Positions 8,255-18,381 of a stretch of 64,000 nt of DNA are shown here, in pieces; position 1 is the first letter of the stretch, and each line of letters starts with the position of its first letter. A program made the position numbers and the translations under genes. The stretch comes from an uncultured Bacteroidota bacterium. Its GTDB lineage: Bacteria; Bacteroidota; Bacteroidia; Bacteroidales; P3. The stretch is from NCBI GenBank assembly GCA_902784865.1, contig CACZWL010000006.1, positions 40,112 through 104,111 on the forward strand, in the 5' to 3' direction. The notes below the pieces were generated by a model, which searched no databases, was not told the origin of the DNA, and was given only the letters and a program-made list of their open reading frames with translations.

Positions 8255-10582
8255 ATGAAGAATTTAGTGATTGTCGAGTCGCCTGCCAAGGCGAAGACCA
8301 TTGAAAAATTCCTGGGCAAGGACTTCACGGTGCGGTCGTCGTATGGCCACATCCGCGACCTTGCGAAGAAAGAGATGAGCATCGATGTGGAGGGAGGCTA
8401 CGAGCCGCAGTACCAGATCAGCGACGACAAGCGCAGCCTGGTCAGCGAGCTGCAGAAAGCCGTGAAGAGCGCCGAGAAGGTGTGGCTGGCGTCCGATGAG
8501 GACCGCGAAGGAGAGGCCATTGCCTGGCACCTTCAGGAGACCCTGAAGCTGAACCCCGAAACGACGCAGCGCATCGTCTTCAACGAGATTACGAAGACCG
8601 CCATACTGCATGCCATCGAGAACCCGCGGCAGATCGACATGAACCTTGTCGACGCGCAGCAGGCGCGCCGCGTGCTCGACCGCCTGGTGGGCTACGAAAT
8701 CAGCCCCATCCTGTGGAGCAAGATCAAGCCCGCGCTGAGCGCCGGCCGCGTGCAGAGCGTCGCCGTGCGCCTGATCGTCGAGCGCGAAGAGGAAATCAAG
8801 GACTTCACCTCGAAGCCCTATTTCCGCGTCACGGCCCAGCTGCACCCCGTCGACTCGAACAAGATGCTCAGCGCCGAGTACAGCCGCCACTTCGACACCG
8901 AAGCCGAAGCCCAGGCACTGCTCGAGAGCCTGGCCGGCGCCGGCTTCAAGGTGAACAAGATAGAGACCAAGCCCGCCAAGCGCACGCCCGCGCCGCCCTT
9001 CACCACGTCGACGCTGCAGCAGGAAGCCAGCCGCAAGCTGGGCTTCAGCGTGGCACGCACGATGCAGGTGGCACAGCAGCTGTACGAAAGCGGATACATC
9101 ACCTACATGCGTACCGACAGCGTGAACCTGAGCGACCTGGCGCTGGCCATGGCCAAGAAAGAAATCGAAGGCCAATACGGCGAAGAATACGTCAAGACAC
9201 GCCGCTACCAGACCAAGACCAAAGGCGCCCAGGAGGCCCACGAGGCCATACGCCCCACCAACATGGAGGCCCAGACCCTCAACATCGAGAGCGCCCAGCG
9301 CCGCCTCTACGAACTCATCTGGAAGCGCACCATCGCCAGCCAGATGGCCGATGCCGAACTGGAGAAGACCGAGATGGAAATCGGCATCAGCAACGGCAAC
9401 GGCACCTTCAACTGCTCGGGCGAGCAGGTGAAATTCGACGGCTTCCTGAAAGTGTACATGGAGAGCACCGACGACGACGAGACCGAAGGCTCGGAACGCC
9501 TGCTGCCGCGCCTGCCGGAAGGCACCATCCTGACGCTGGAACTCTGCGAAGCCTCGCAGCACTACACCCAGCACCCGCCGCGCTACACCGAGGCCAGCCT
9601 GGTGAAGAAACTCGAGGACCTCGGCATCGGACGCCCCTCGACCTACGCTCCCACCATCAGCACCATCCTCAAGCGCGAATACATCATCAAAGAAGACCGC
9701 GAGGGCGAGCCGCGCACGTGCATCACACTCACGCTCAAGAACGGCCAGGTGAAACGCGCCGAGCACCCCGAGAAAGGCTATGCCGAGAAAGGCAAGCTCT
9801 TCCCGACCGACATCGGATGCGTGGTCAACAGCTTCCTGATGGACCACTTCGCCAACATCCTCGACTACAACTTCACCGCCACGGTGGAGAAAGACTTCGA
9901 CGAGATTGCCGCCGGCAAGAAAGAGTGGCGCAAGGTGATAGACCGCTTCTACCTGCCGTTCCACAAGAACATACGGCTCACGCAGCAGAACTCGCAGCGC
10001 ACCACGGGCAGCCGCCTGCTCGGCACCGACCCCAAGAGCGGCAAGAACGTGTATGCCAAAATCGGCCGCTACGGCACCCTCATCCAAATCGGCGAGACCA
10101 ATACCGACGAGAAACCCCTCTTCGCCAGCATGAAGAAAGGCCAGAGCATCGAGACCATCACCCTCGAAGAGGCCCTGGGCCTGTTCGCCCTGCCGCGCAC
10201 CCTCGGCCAGTTCGAGGAGAAGGACGTCACGGTGTCGATCGGCAAATTCGGCCCCTATGTGCGCCACAACGGCAAGTTCTACTCGCTCGGCAAGAACGAC
10301 GACCCGTACGAGGTGACCCTCGAACGCTGCGAGGAGATTATCCGCACCAAGCGCGAAGCCGAGATGCAGAAAGAGGAACTCAAGAAGATCTACCCCCACG
10401 AAATCGGCATCAGCGACGGCGACCCCATCACCTCCAACATCGGACGCTTCGGCCCGTACCTCACCTACCGCGGCGAGAACTACCGCCTGGCCAAGGGGGT
10501 GGACCCGCTGAAACTCAGCCTCAACGAGGCAATAGAACTCATCGAAGGCTCGTCGAAGAAAAAGACCCGCAAGAAGAAGTGA
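8255..10582 (+). CDS. topA: DNA topoisomerase I
   Basis: 775 aa. MKNLVIVESPAKAKTIEKFLG (TOPRIM), active-site region YITYMRTDS, and C-terminal repeats GKFGPYV / GRFGPYL. Confidence 0.95.
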   Translation: MKNLVIVESPAKAKTIEKFLGKDFTVRSSYGHIRDLAKKEMSIDVEGGYEPQYQISDDKRSLVSELQKAVKSAEKVWLASDEDREGEAIAWHLQETLKLNPETTQRIVFNEITKTAILHAIENPRQIDMNLVDAQQARRVLDRLVGYEISPILWSKIKPALSAGRVQSVAVRLIVEREEEIKDFTSKPYFRVTAQLHPVDSNKMLSAEYSRHFDTEAEAQALLESLAGAGFKVNKIETKPAKRTPAPPFTTSTLQQEASRKLGFSVARTMQVAQQLYESGYITYMRTDSVNLSDLALAMAKKEIEGQYGEEYVKTRRYQTKTKGAQEAHEAIRPTNMEAQTLNIESAQRRLYELIWKRTIASQMADAELEKTEMEIGISNGNGTFNCSGEQVKFDGFLKVYMESTDDDETEGSERLLPRLPEGTILTLELCEASQHYTQHPPRYTEASLVKKLEDLGIGRPSTYAPTISTILKREYIIKEDREGEPRTCITLTLKNGQVKRAEHPEKGYAEKGKLFPTDIGCVVNSFLMDHFANILDYNFTATVEKDFDEIAAGKKEWRKVIDRFYLPFHKNIRLTQQNSQRTTGSRLLGTDPKSGKNVYAKIGRYGTLIQIGETNTDEKPLFASMKKGQSIETITLEEALGLFALPRTLGQFEEKDVTVSIGKFGPYVRHNGKFYSLGKNDDPYEVTLERCEEIIRTKREAEMQKEELKKIYPHEIGISDGDPITSNIGRFGPYLTYRGENYRLAKGVDPLKLSLNEAIELIEGSSKKKTRKKK

Positions 10583-10647
10583 GGCACTGAACAGCCGACG
10601 GCAGGCGGCCGAACCCGGCCACCTGCCGCCTCTGGGCACAGACCACG

Positions 10648-12558
10648 ATGAAGCTATCGATTGTCATAGTCAACTACAACGTCAAGTACTTCCTCAAGCA
10701 GTGCTTGGCGTCGGTCTTTGGCTCGCAGCGGCGGCTGGCCGACGGCAGCGAGCTGGAGATTGACGTGTGGGTGGTCGACAACGACTCGGTAGACGGATCG
10801 GTGGAGATGGTCGGGAAAGACTTCCCGCAGGTCCAAGTAATTGCCAACAAGGAGAATATAGGATTCGCACGGGCCAACAACCAGGCCCTGGAGCGCATAG
10901 CGGAAAGAGGTCAGCAGCCGGACTCGCTGATACTGCTGCTCAACCCCGACACCCTGGTGGAACCCGACACCCTGGTCCGCTGCGCCGACTTCATGCAGGC
11001 GCACCCCGACTGCGGGGGGCTCTGCGTCAAGATGCTCGACGGCGAAGGCAACTACCTGCCCGAAAGCAAGCGCGGGTTCCCCACGCCGGAAGCTTCGTTC
11101 TACAAAATCAGCGGACTGATACGCCTGTTTCCCCATTCGCAGCGCTTCGCAGCCTACTACATGGGGCACCTGGACGACAACGCGGTCAACGAGATAGAGA
11201 TTATGCCCGGAGCATTCCTCATGTTCCGCCACGAGGTGTACAGCGCTATCGGAGGGCTAGACGAGAGCTACTTCATGTATGGCGAGGACATAGACTTCTC
11301 GTGGCGAATACGCATGGCCGGCTACAAAAACTACTACCTCCCCGAGACACACATCATCCACTACAAAGGCGAAAGCACCAAGAAGGGGTCGATGAACTAC
11401 GTCTACACCTTCTACAACGCCATGTCCATCTTCGTAAAGAAATACTACAGCGGACGCGACGCACGCCTCTTCAACGGGTTGCTGCAGGTGGCCATCTGGC
11501 TGCGTGCCACGCTGGCCTGGCTGGGCCGCATCGGCAAGCGGCTGGCGCTGCCCGCCATGGACTTTGCGCTGGCCTACGGCGGCTTCCTGCTGCTGAAACA
11601 GACCTGGGCAACGCTGTGGGGTGGCGACGCCGCCTACTACCCCTCGGAATACACCACACTGATCATCCCCCTGTACATACTGTTCCTCATGGCGTTCAGC
11701 TGGCTCAACGGCGGATACGACCGCCCGACAAGGCTCTCGCGCATAGCCCGCGGCATGGGCATAGGCCTGCTGATACTGCTTGCCTTCTATTCGCTCCTCA
11801 ACGACAACCAGCGCTACTCGAGGATGCTCCTGCTGACAGGCTCGCTGTGGACCATGACCTCGACCATCCTCATCCGCCTGGCTCTCAGCGCCGCAGGCAG
11901 CAAGGAACACTCGCTGCGCAAACGCGGACGCACACTCATCGTCGGCAGCGCCGAAGAAAGCGAACGCGTAAGGACCCTCTACCACTCGCTCGGCATGCCC
12001 GACGACCTCCTCGTGTCCGACAGCTCGCTGCAGCCGCACCGTCTGCAGGAGATCATACGCATCGAGCACATCGAAGAGGTGGTCTTCTGCGGCGCCGACA
12101 TCGAGCTGCCCAGCATCATTGACCTCATGTCGCACCTGAAGACCACCGGCGTGGAATACCGTATTGCACCCGCCCAAGGCGACTTCATCATCGGCACGGG
12201 CGGCATACTCTCGCCCGACGCCCTGTACCTCGACAACCTCGACACCATCAGCACCGACACCTGCCGCCGCCGCAAACGCCTGTTCGACATTGGCACCTCC
12301 GTGCTGCTGCTGGTTGCCTCTCCCCTACTCTTCTGGTTCCAGAAGCGGAAGAGTGCCTACTTCCCCCACTGCCTGCAGGTGCTGACGGGCAGACTGACCT
12401 GGGTGGGATACACCGGTCGCCGCGGTGTATTCTCGCCTCACGACCTCCTGTCCGAAACCACTGCCGACACGCAGCGGCGCCTGCTCCTGCGATACATGTG
12501 CCACTACAAGACAACAACCGACAGCGCCATACTGCTGCGCAATTGGAACAACATCTAG
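10648..12558 (+). CDS. Glycosyltransferase family 2 fused to a membrane / sugar-transferase-like C-terminal region
   Basis: 636 aa. N-terminus MKLSIVIVNYNVKYFLKQCL...VVDNDSVDGS, a central hydrophobic block, and C-terminal KRLFDIGTSVLLLVASPLLF. Confidence 0.8.
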   Translation: MKLSIVIVNYNVKYFLKQCLASVFGSQRRLADGSELEIDVWVVDNDSVDGSVEMVGKDFPQVQVIANKENIGFARANNQALERIAERGQQPDSLILLLNPDTLVEPDTLVRCADFMQAHPDCGGLCVKMLDGEGNYLPESKRGFPTPEASFYKISGLIRLFPHSQRFAAYYMGHLDDNAVNEIEIMPGAFLMFRHEVYSAIGGLDESYFMYGEDIDFSWRIRMAGYKNYYLPETHIIHYKGESTKKGSMNYVYTFYNAMSIFVKKYYSGRDARLFNGLLQVAIWLRATLAWLGRIGKRLALPAMDFALAYGGFLLLKQTWATLWGGDAAYYPSEYTTLIIPLYILFLMAFSWLNGGYDRPTRLSRIARGMGIGLLILLAFYSLLNDNQRYSRMLLLTGSLWTMTSTILIRLALSAAGSKEHSLRKRGRTLIVGSAEESERVRTLYHSLGMPDDLLVSDSSLQPHRLQEIIRIEHIEEVVFCGADIELPSIIDLMSHLKTTGVEYRIAPAQGDFIIGTGGILSPDALYLDNLDTISTDTCRRRKRLFDIGTSVLLLVASPLLFWFQKRKSAYFPHCLQVLTGRLTWVGYTGRRGVFSPHDLLSETTADTQRRLLLRYMCHYKTTTDSAILLRNWNNI

Positions 12559-12571
12559 ACAAAAGTACGCT

Positions 12572-13216
12572 ATGAAAAGAACACCGACCCTGCTACTCAC
12601 ACTGCTGCTGATACTTGCCGCCACCAGCGCGGAGGCACAGCGCATCCGCGGCTTCGTCTCGTCGGGACTCACCCTGTCGCAGATTGAAGGCGACGAACTG
12701 AAAGGCTTTACCAAATGGGGCTACACCGGCGGCGTCGGCGCCATCGCCTCACTGGACCGCTACAACGACTGGCGCATCAGCATCGAGGCCCTCTTCTCGC
12801 AACGCGGCTCCTACAACAACACCGGCGACCCCTACTCCCTCTCGCTCCGGCTCGACTATGTCGACATTCCCGTCATGCTCCACTTCCGCGACCCCTGGGG
12901 CGGCATGATACTGGGCCTTGGCGTGAACTACAGCCGCCTCGTACAGCAGCCTAACGGAAAACTACTTTTCAACCCCAACTACTTCTATCCCGACACCAAC
13001 GACATGCAGTTCCTCAACAACGACCTCGCCGTGGTCGCCGACCTCCGCTTCACCATCTGGAGAGGGCTGCAGTTCAACATACGATGGCAACACTCTGTCA
13101 TCGCCGTCAAACGCGAGTGGACTTTCACCGAAATCTATAGCGACACCAGAACCCACTCATGGGACAACGACGCTTACAACAACTCGCTCTCATTCCGTCT
13201 CATCTGGGTATTCTGA
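12572..13216 (+). CDS. Outer-membrane beta-barrel (porin-family) protein
   Basis: Start at MKRTPTLLLTLLLILAATSAEAQ (signal peptide). Alternating beta-strand pattern with C-terminal ...SFRLIWVF. Confidence 0.65.
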   Translation: MKRTPTLLLTLLLILAATSAEAQRIRGFVSSGLTLSQIEGDELKGFTKWGYTGGVGAIASLDRYNDWRISIEALFSQRGSYNNTGDPYSLSLRLDYVDIPVMLHFRDPWGGMILGLGVNYSRLVQQPNGKLLFNPNYFYPDTNDMQFLNNDLAVVADLRFTIWRGLQFNIRWQHSVIAVKREWTFTEIYSDTRTHSWDNDAYNNSLSFRLIWVF

Positions 13217-13226
13217 CGCACGCACC

Positions 13227-13643
13227 ATGGCAACAGCACTCTTCCCCGGGTCGTTCGACCCCTTTACCAGTGGCCACGAAGCCATCCTACGGCGCGTACT
13301 GCCCCTCTTCGACCGCGTCATCGTCGCAGTAGGCGTCAACAGCGAGAAACAATACATGTTCAGCACGCAGGAACGCGTCGACCGCATCCGACAGGCCCTG
13401 GCCGACTGTCCCTCCGTGAGCGTCACCTCCTATTCCGGCATGACCATCGACCTCTGCCACCAGCTTGGCTGTCAAGCCATCATACGCGGTATCCGCACCG
13501 CTAAAGACTTCGAATACGAACAGACCGTCGCCGCCGTCAACCGCCTCCAGGACCCCGCTATCGAGACGCTGCTCATCCTTGCCGACCCCGAGCACATCGA
13601 CATCTCCTCCACCCTAGAACGCGAACGTCTTTCCCACCAATGA
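13227..13643 (+). CDS. coaD: Phosphopantetheine adenylyltransferase
   Basis: 138 aa. ALFPGSFDPFTSGHEAI (the T/HxGH nucleotidyltransferase motif). Confidence 0.9.
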   Translation: MATALFPGSFDPFTSGHEAILRRVLPLFDRVIVAVGVNSEKQYMFSTQERVDRIRQALADCPSVSVTSYSGMTIDLCHQLGCQAIIRGIRTAKDFEYEQTVAAVNRLQDPAIETLLILADPEHIDISSTLERERLSHQ

Positions 13644-15739
13644 CCCTGAGCACCGACATACTATACCTCAAAGGCATGGGGCCTGCCAGGGCCAAAGTGC
13701 TCAACTCCGAACTCAACATCTTCACTCTCGGACAACTCCTCGAATACTTCCCTTTCCGCTACATCGACCGCTCCGTCATGGGCACCATTGCCGCCATCAG
13801 CGACGAAGGGCAGGACGTCGTGCTCCAAGGACGCATCACCAACATGCAGACCACCGCCGTCGGCAAGTTCAAGGAGCGCCTCACCGCCGACCTCTACGAC
13901 GGCACCGGATACCTGCAACTCGTCTGGTTCGCAGGCACCAAATGGGTACGCGAAAAACTCAAACCCAACACCAACTACCTCGTCTTCGGCCGCCCCTCCC
14001 TCTTCAACGGCCAATGGCAGATGACCCACCCCGAAATCGAAAACGCCAGCGACCACCCTGAAAAAGAGCGCGAGAAATTCCTCCCCGTCTACAACACCAC
14101 CGAGAAGATGAAGTCCCACGGCCTCGGCTCGCGCGCCCTTGCCCGCATCACCGAGAACCTCGTGGGTCTACTGCAGATCCGACAACTATCCGTCGAGGAG
14201 AACCTGCCGCAGGACATCCTCGACCACTTCCGCCTCATCCCTAGGCAGCAAGCCCTGGCCGCCATACACTACCCCGACTCGCGGCAACAACTCGACGCCG
14301 CACGCACCCGACTCAAATTCGAAGAACTCTTCTTCCTGCAACTCGACTACCAATACGCCCACCAGCAACGCGCCTCGCGTTCGCAGGGTCGCATATTCAC
14401 CCATGTGGGCGACCATTTCAACGGCTTCTACAAAGAGAAAATACCTTTCCCGCTGACCGGAGCGCAGAAGCGCGTCATACGCGAGATACGCGAGGACATG
14501 CGCACCGGGCGCCAGATGAACCGCCTCGTGCAGGGCGACGTCGGCAGCGGCAAGACCCTTGTGGCCCTCATGTGCATGCTGCTGGCTGTCGACAACGGCT
14601 CGCAGGCCTGTCTCATGGCGCCCACCGAAATCCTTGCCACGCAGCATTTCTACACCTTCCAGCGCATGCTCGACGGCATGGACGTCAACGTGCAGCTCCT
14701 CACTGGCTCCCTCCGCGCCGCCACCAAGAAGAAGCTCAAGCAGCAACTTGCCGACGGCGAGATAGACCTCCTCATCGGCACCCACGCCCTCATCGAGGAC
14801 GACGTCGCCTTCCGCGACCTCGGCCTCGTGGTCATCGACGAGCAACACCGCTTCGGTGTCGAGCAACGCTCCAAACTATGGCAGAAATCCGCCGTCCCGC
14901 CGCATATCCTTGTCATGACCGCCACCCCCATCCCCCGCACCCTCGCCATGACCCTATACGGCGACCTTGACTGCTCCATCATCGACGAACTGCCCCCTGG
15001 ACGGCAACCCGTGCGCACCTACCACCGCCTCGAACGCAACCGCCCTCTCGTATTCTCCTTCCTGAAAAAGCAGATCGACGATGGCCGGCAGGTGTACATC
15101 GTCTACCCACTCATCGAAGAGAGCGAGAAGGTGGACCTCAAGAACCTGCAAGACGGGCTGGAGATGGTGCAGAACTACTTCCCACGGCCGCAATACCAGA
15201 CCTCCATGGTCCACGGCCGCCTCACCGCCGACGAGAAAGCCTTCGAGATGGACCGCTTTAAACGTGGGCAGACACACATCATGGTGGCCACCACGGTAAT
15301 CGAAGTGGGCGTCGACGTGCCCAACGCCACCGTCATGGTCATCGAGAACGCCGAGCGCTTCGGCCTCAGCCAGCTGCACCAGCTCCGCGGACGCGTCGGA
15401 CGCGGCGGCGGCCAAAGCTACTGCATCCTCATGACCAAGGACAACCTTGCCTACTCCTCGCAGGAACGCATACGCACCATGTGCGCCACCACCGACGGAT
15501 TCCAGATTGCCGAAGCCGACCTACGCCTACGCGGACCCGGCGACATACAGGGCCTCCAGCAGAGCGGCGCCCTCGACCTGCACCTGGCATCTATCGTCGA
15601 CGACGAACCCCTTGTCGCCGCCACCCGCGACACCGTGCGCGACCTCCTCAACGCCGACCCCTCACTCGGCCGCTACCCACTGCTGCGCCAGCACATAGAA
15701 CATTCGAAAAACAAAATGCTATGGGGCAAGATATCATGA
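13640..15739 (+). CDS. recG: ATP-dependent DNA helicase RecG
   Basis: 699 aa. Wedge-domain N-terminus, GDVGSGKT, VIDEQHRFG and QLHQLRGRVGRG. ATGA overlap with coaD. Confidence 0.95.
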   Translation: MTLSTDILYLKGMGPARAKVLNSELNIFTLGQLLEYFPFRYIDRSVMGTIAAISDEGQDVVLQGRITNMQTTAVGKFKERLTADLYDGTGYLQLVWFAGTKWVREKLKPNTNYLVFGRPSLFNGQWQMTHPEIENASDHPEKEREKFLPVYNTTEKMKSHGLGSRALARITENLVGLLQIRQLSVEENLPQDILDHFRLIPRQQALAAIHYPDSRQQLDAARTRLKFEELFFLQLDYQYAHQQRASRSQGRIFTHVGDHFNGFYKEKIPFPLTGAQKRVIREIREDMRTGRQMNRLVQGDVGSGKTLVALMCMLLAVDNGSQACLMAPTEILATQHFYTFQRMLDGMDVNVQLLTGSLRAATKKKLKQQLADGEIDLLIGTHALIEDDVAFRDLGLVVIDEQHRFGVEQRSKLWQKSAVPPHILVMTATPIPRTLAMTLYGDLDCSIIDELPPGRQPVRTYHRLERNRPLVFSFLKKQIDDGRQVYIVYPLIEESEKVDLKNLQDGLEMVQNYFPRPQYQTSMVHGRLTADEKAFEMDRFKRGQTHIMVATTVIEVGVDVPNATVMVIENAERFGLSQLHQLRGRVGRGGGQSYCILMTKDNLAYSSQERIRTMCATTDGFQIAEADLRLRGPGDIQGLQQSGALDLHLASIVDDEPLVAATRDTVRDLLNADPSLGRYPLLRQHIEHSKNKMLWGKIS

Positions 15740-16248
15740 CAATACTCGCCGCCGAAGAAGGAGCATCCCTCTCCAGCGGCAGTCTGAGGCTGTACGCACT
15801 ACCCTACGGATGCGTCGACCTCTACAACTACGACCCCCTCAACCGCCGCTGCGCCGTGGGCATCATGGTGACTACCGAGCACCGCCGACGGGGCCATGCG
15901 CTGGCCATGCTCCAGGCCCTCGAAGAACTCGCAGCAACCAACTACCGGCTCCACACCCTCTATGCCGACATCGCCGCCACCAACACCGCCAGCATAGCCC
16001 TCTTCCGCAAAGCGGGTTACGAGGAGTGCGGACGCTTCAAAGACTGGCTAGCCATATCCCTCCGGCCTTCGGCCACCTCCCCTAGATTAGAGGAGGATCA
16101 AAGAAAGCCCGCCACACGGACCTCCCTCGGCTCTCCCCAAAGCAATGCCCCCACCGAAGAGCCCGACTTCCCTTGTACTCCCCCTTTCCAAGGGGGAGGG
16201 CCTATAACCTTTATCGACAACATCAGAATGCAAAAAATACTGCCATGA
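15736..16248 (+). CDS. Short GNAT-family N-acetyltransferase with a low-complexity C-terminal extension
   Basis: Motif A-like VTTEHRRRGHALAML and FRKAGYEECG. ATGA overlaps at both ends (recG stop, mltG start). The last 55 or so codons look non-homologous. Confidence 0.55.
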   Translation: MTILAAEEGASLSSGSLRLYALPYGCVDLYNYDPLNRRCAVGIMVTTEHRRRGHALAMLQALEELAATNYRLHTLYADIAATNTASIALFRKAGYEECGRFKDWLAISLRPSATSPRLEEDQRKPATRTSLGSPQSNAPTEEPDFPCTPPFQGGGPITFIDNIRMQKILP

Positions 16249-17240
16249 AACCCCACCGCACCCTCATCATAACCCTCCTCTCCACCGCACTGCTCGCGTT
16301 GCTGGCCGCCGGCGGAATAGCCTTCATGAGCCTCAACGCCGCCACCACCAACCCCGAGCCCACACGCATCTACCTGCCCACCGGCGACAACGCCCTCGCG
16401 GCACGCGACACCCTAGTGGCCAACAGCCTCGTCGACGACGGCCCCCTCTTCAGCCTCATGGCCAGGGTGCTGAAACTCGACGGGTGGCGTGCAGGCTCCT
16501 ATGTCGTCGAACCCCACACCCCCGTCTACCGCCTCATACAGCGCATCACCCGCGGCCAGCAGGATCCCCTGCGCCTCACCATAGGCAAACACCGCCTCCC
16601 ACAGCAACTCAACGAATACCTCGACAGCAAACTGATGCACAACGACTTCGACGTGCCGCTGGACAGCTTCCACCTCGTCCTGCCCGACACCTACGAGGTC
16701 TACTGGACCGTCACCCCCGAGCAGTTCATGCAGCGCATGGGGAAAGAGTATCGGAAAATGGAAAGTGAAAAGTGGAAAACAGAGAGCAGTGGCTCGCAGG
16801 CTGCGCCAGCCGAACTTTCAACTTTCAAAGACGTCGTCATCCTCGCCTCCATCGTCGAGGAGGAGACCAACAACCAAGCCGAGAAGCCGCTCGTGGCCAG
16901 CGTCTACCTCAACCGCCTGAAGAGGGGCATGCCGCTGCAGGCCGACCCAACGGTGAAATACGCCGTCGGCGACTTCACCCTCAAACGCATCCTCAACAAG
17001 CACCTGCAGACCGAGAGTTCTTTCAACACCTACCTCCACACCGGCCTGCCACCCGCGCCCATCTGCCTGCCCTCGAAAGCCTCCATCGACGCCGTGCTGA
17101 AAGCCCCCGAGACCAACTACCTATACTTCTGCGCCAGCGACAAGATGGACGGCACCCACCGCTTTGCCGCCACCCTGGCCGAGCACAACCGCAACGCACA
17201 GGCCTTCCACCAGGCCCTCAACGCCCGCGGCATCAGGTAG
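16245..17240 (+). CDS. mltG: Endolytic murein transglycosylase MltG (YceG-like)
   Basis: N-terminal TM segment, ILASIVEEETN catalytic region, LQADPTVKYA and LPPAPICLPS. Confidence 0.9.
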   Translation: MKPHRTLIITLLSTALLALLAAGGIAFMSLNAATTNPEPTRIYLPTGDNALAARDTLVANSLVDDGPLFSLMARVLKLDGWRAGSYVVEPHTPVYRLIQRITRGQQDPLRLTIGKHRLPQQLNEYLDSKLMHNDFDVPLDSFHLVLPDTYEVYWTVTPEQFMQRMGKEYRKMESEKWKTESSGSQAAPAELSTFKDVVILASIVEEETNNQAEKPLVASVYLNRLKRGMPLQADPTVKYAVGDFTLKRILNKHLQTESSFNTYLHTGLPPAPICLPSKASIDAVLKAPETNYLYFCASDKMDGTHRFAATLAEHNRNAQAFHQALNARGIR

Positions 17241-17341
17241 CCCCCAGCCCCCACCTCCCCGCCAGGCATCTGGTAGGTGGTTACAAACCAACATATTACA
17301 ATATTTCTACCATTTCGGCCCTTGGTTTGCGTTTTTTTTCG

Positions 17342-17349
17342 TATCTTTG
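17342..17349 (+). promoter_or_regulatory. Bacteroidota -7 promoter box (TAnnTTTG) for asd
   Basis: TATCTTTG, 27 nt upstream of the asd ATG. Confidence 0.45.
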
Positions 17350-17375
17350 CAGCCTGAAACTAAAACTATTAGACG

Positions 17376-18377
17376 ATGAAAATAGCTGTCATAGGCGCCA
17401 CCGGACTGGTGGGACGAGAAATGCTTAAAGTACTGGAAGAGCGTGGCTACGGCCATGCCGAGGTCCTCGCCGCCGCCTCGCCGCGGTCGGCCGGGGCCAC
17501 CCTGCCCTTCGCCGGGCGGGAACTGACGGTGACCACCGTCGACGACGCCATCGCCGAACGCCCCGACTACGCCATCTTCTCGGCCGGCGCCGACGCCTCG
17601 CGCCAGTATGCGCCACGCTTCGCCGAGCAAGGCACCGTGGTCATCGACAACTCGTCGGCCTGGCGCAAGGACCCGAACATACCCCTCGTGGTACCCGAAA
17701 TCAACATCGACGCCGTGAAGGCCGACGACCGCATCATTGCCAACCCTAACTGCTCGACCATACAGATGGTGCTGGCTATCAGCGCCCTGCAACGCGAATA
17801 CGGCATCCGCCGCATCGTCGTCGCCACCTACCAGAGCATCACCGGCACCGGCCTGAAAGCCATCCGCCAGCTGGAAGACGAAGAGCATGCCGCCGCCACG
17901 GGCGCCGCTGCCCAGGCACCGCGCGCCTACCCCTACGAGATACACCGCAACCTCTTCCCCCACGGCGGCGACTTCCTGCCCAACGGCTACACCACCGAGG
18001 AGCAGAAGCTCATCGACGAGACACGCAAGATATTCGGAGACAACACGATAGAGGTGTCGCCGACGGTGGTACGCGTGCCCGTGGTGGGAGGCCACAGCGA
18101 GGCTGTCAACGTCGAACTGCGGCGCGACTACGACCTCGACGAGGTGCGCAGCCTCATCGCTGCGACGCCCGGCATCACCATGCAGGACGACCCCGCGCAG
18201 AACCTCTACCCCATGCCCGTCACGGCGCACCACCGTGACGAGGTGTTCGTCGGCCGCTTGCGCCGCGACCCCTCGCAACCCAACACACTGAACCTCTGGG
18301 TTGTAGCCGACAACATACGCAAGGGCGCCGCCACCAACGCCGTGCAAATCATGCAATACCTGACACGCAAGAGATAG
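17376..18377 (+). CDS. asd: Aspartate-semialdehyde dehydrogenase
   Basis: 333 aa. MKIAVIGATGLVG and the NPNCSTIQ active-site Cys motif. Confidence 0.95.
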   Translation: MKIAVIGATGLVGREMLKVLEERGYGHAEVLAAASPRSAGATLPFAGRELTVTTVDDAIAERPDYAIFSAGADASRQYAPRFAEQGTVVIDNSSAWRKDPNIPLVVPEINIDAVKADDRIIANPNCSTIQMVLAISALQREYGIRRIVVATYQSITGTGLKAIRQLEDEEHAAATGAAAQAPRAYPYEIHRNLFPHGGDFLPNGYTTEEQKLIDETRKIFGDNTIEVSPTVVRVPVVGGHSEAVNVELRRDYDLDEVRSLIAATPGITMQDDPAQNLYPMPVTAHHRDEVFVGRLRRDPSQPNTLNLWVVADNIRKGAATNAVQIMQYLTRKR

Positions 18378-18381
18378 CGCC

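Noticed and set aside
8264-10639. A 791-aa ORF antisense to topA. Similar long antisense ORFs lie at 290-1486, 4126-6345, 6387-7796, 18349-20679, 20936-23380, 27363-29501, 35493-36515, 37533-38525 and 53033-54019.
   Set aside because: These are shadow ORFs typical of G+C-rich coding DNA. Their translations are Ala/Gly/Val/Arg-rich with no motifs, and the opposite strand carries unambiguous conserved genes.
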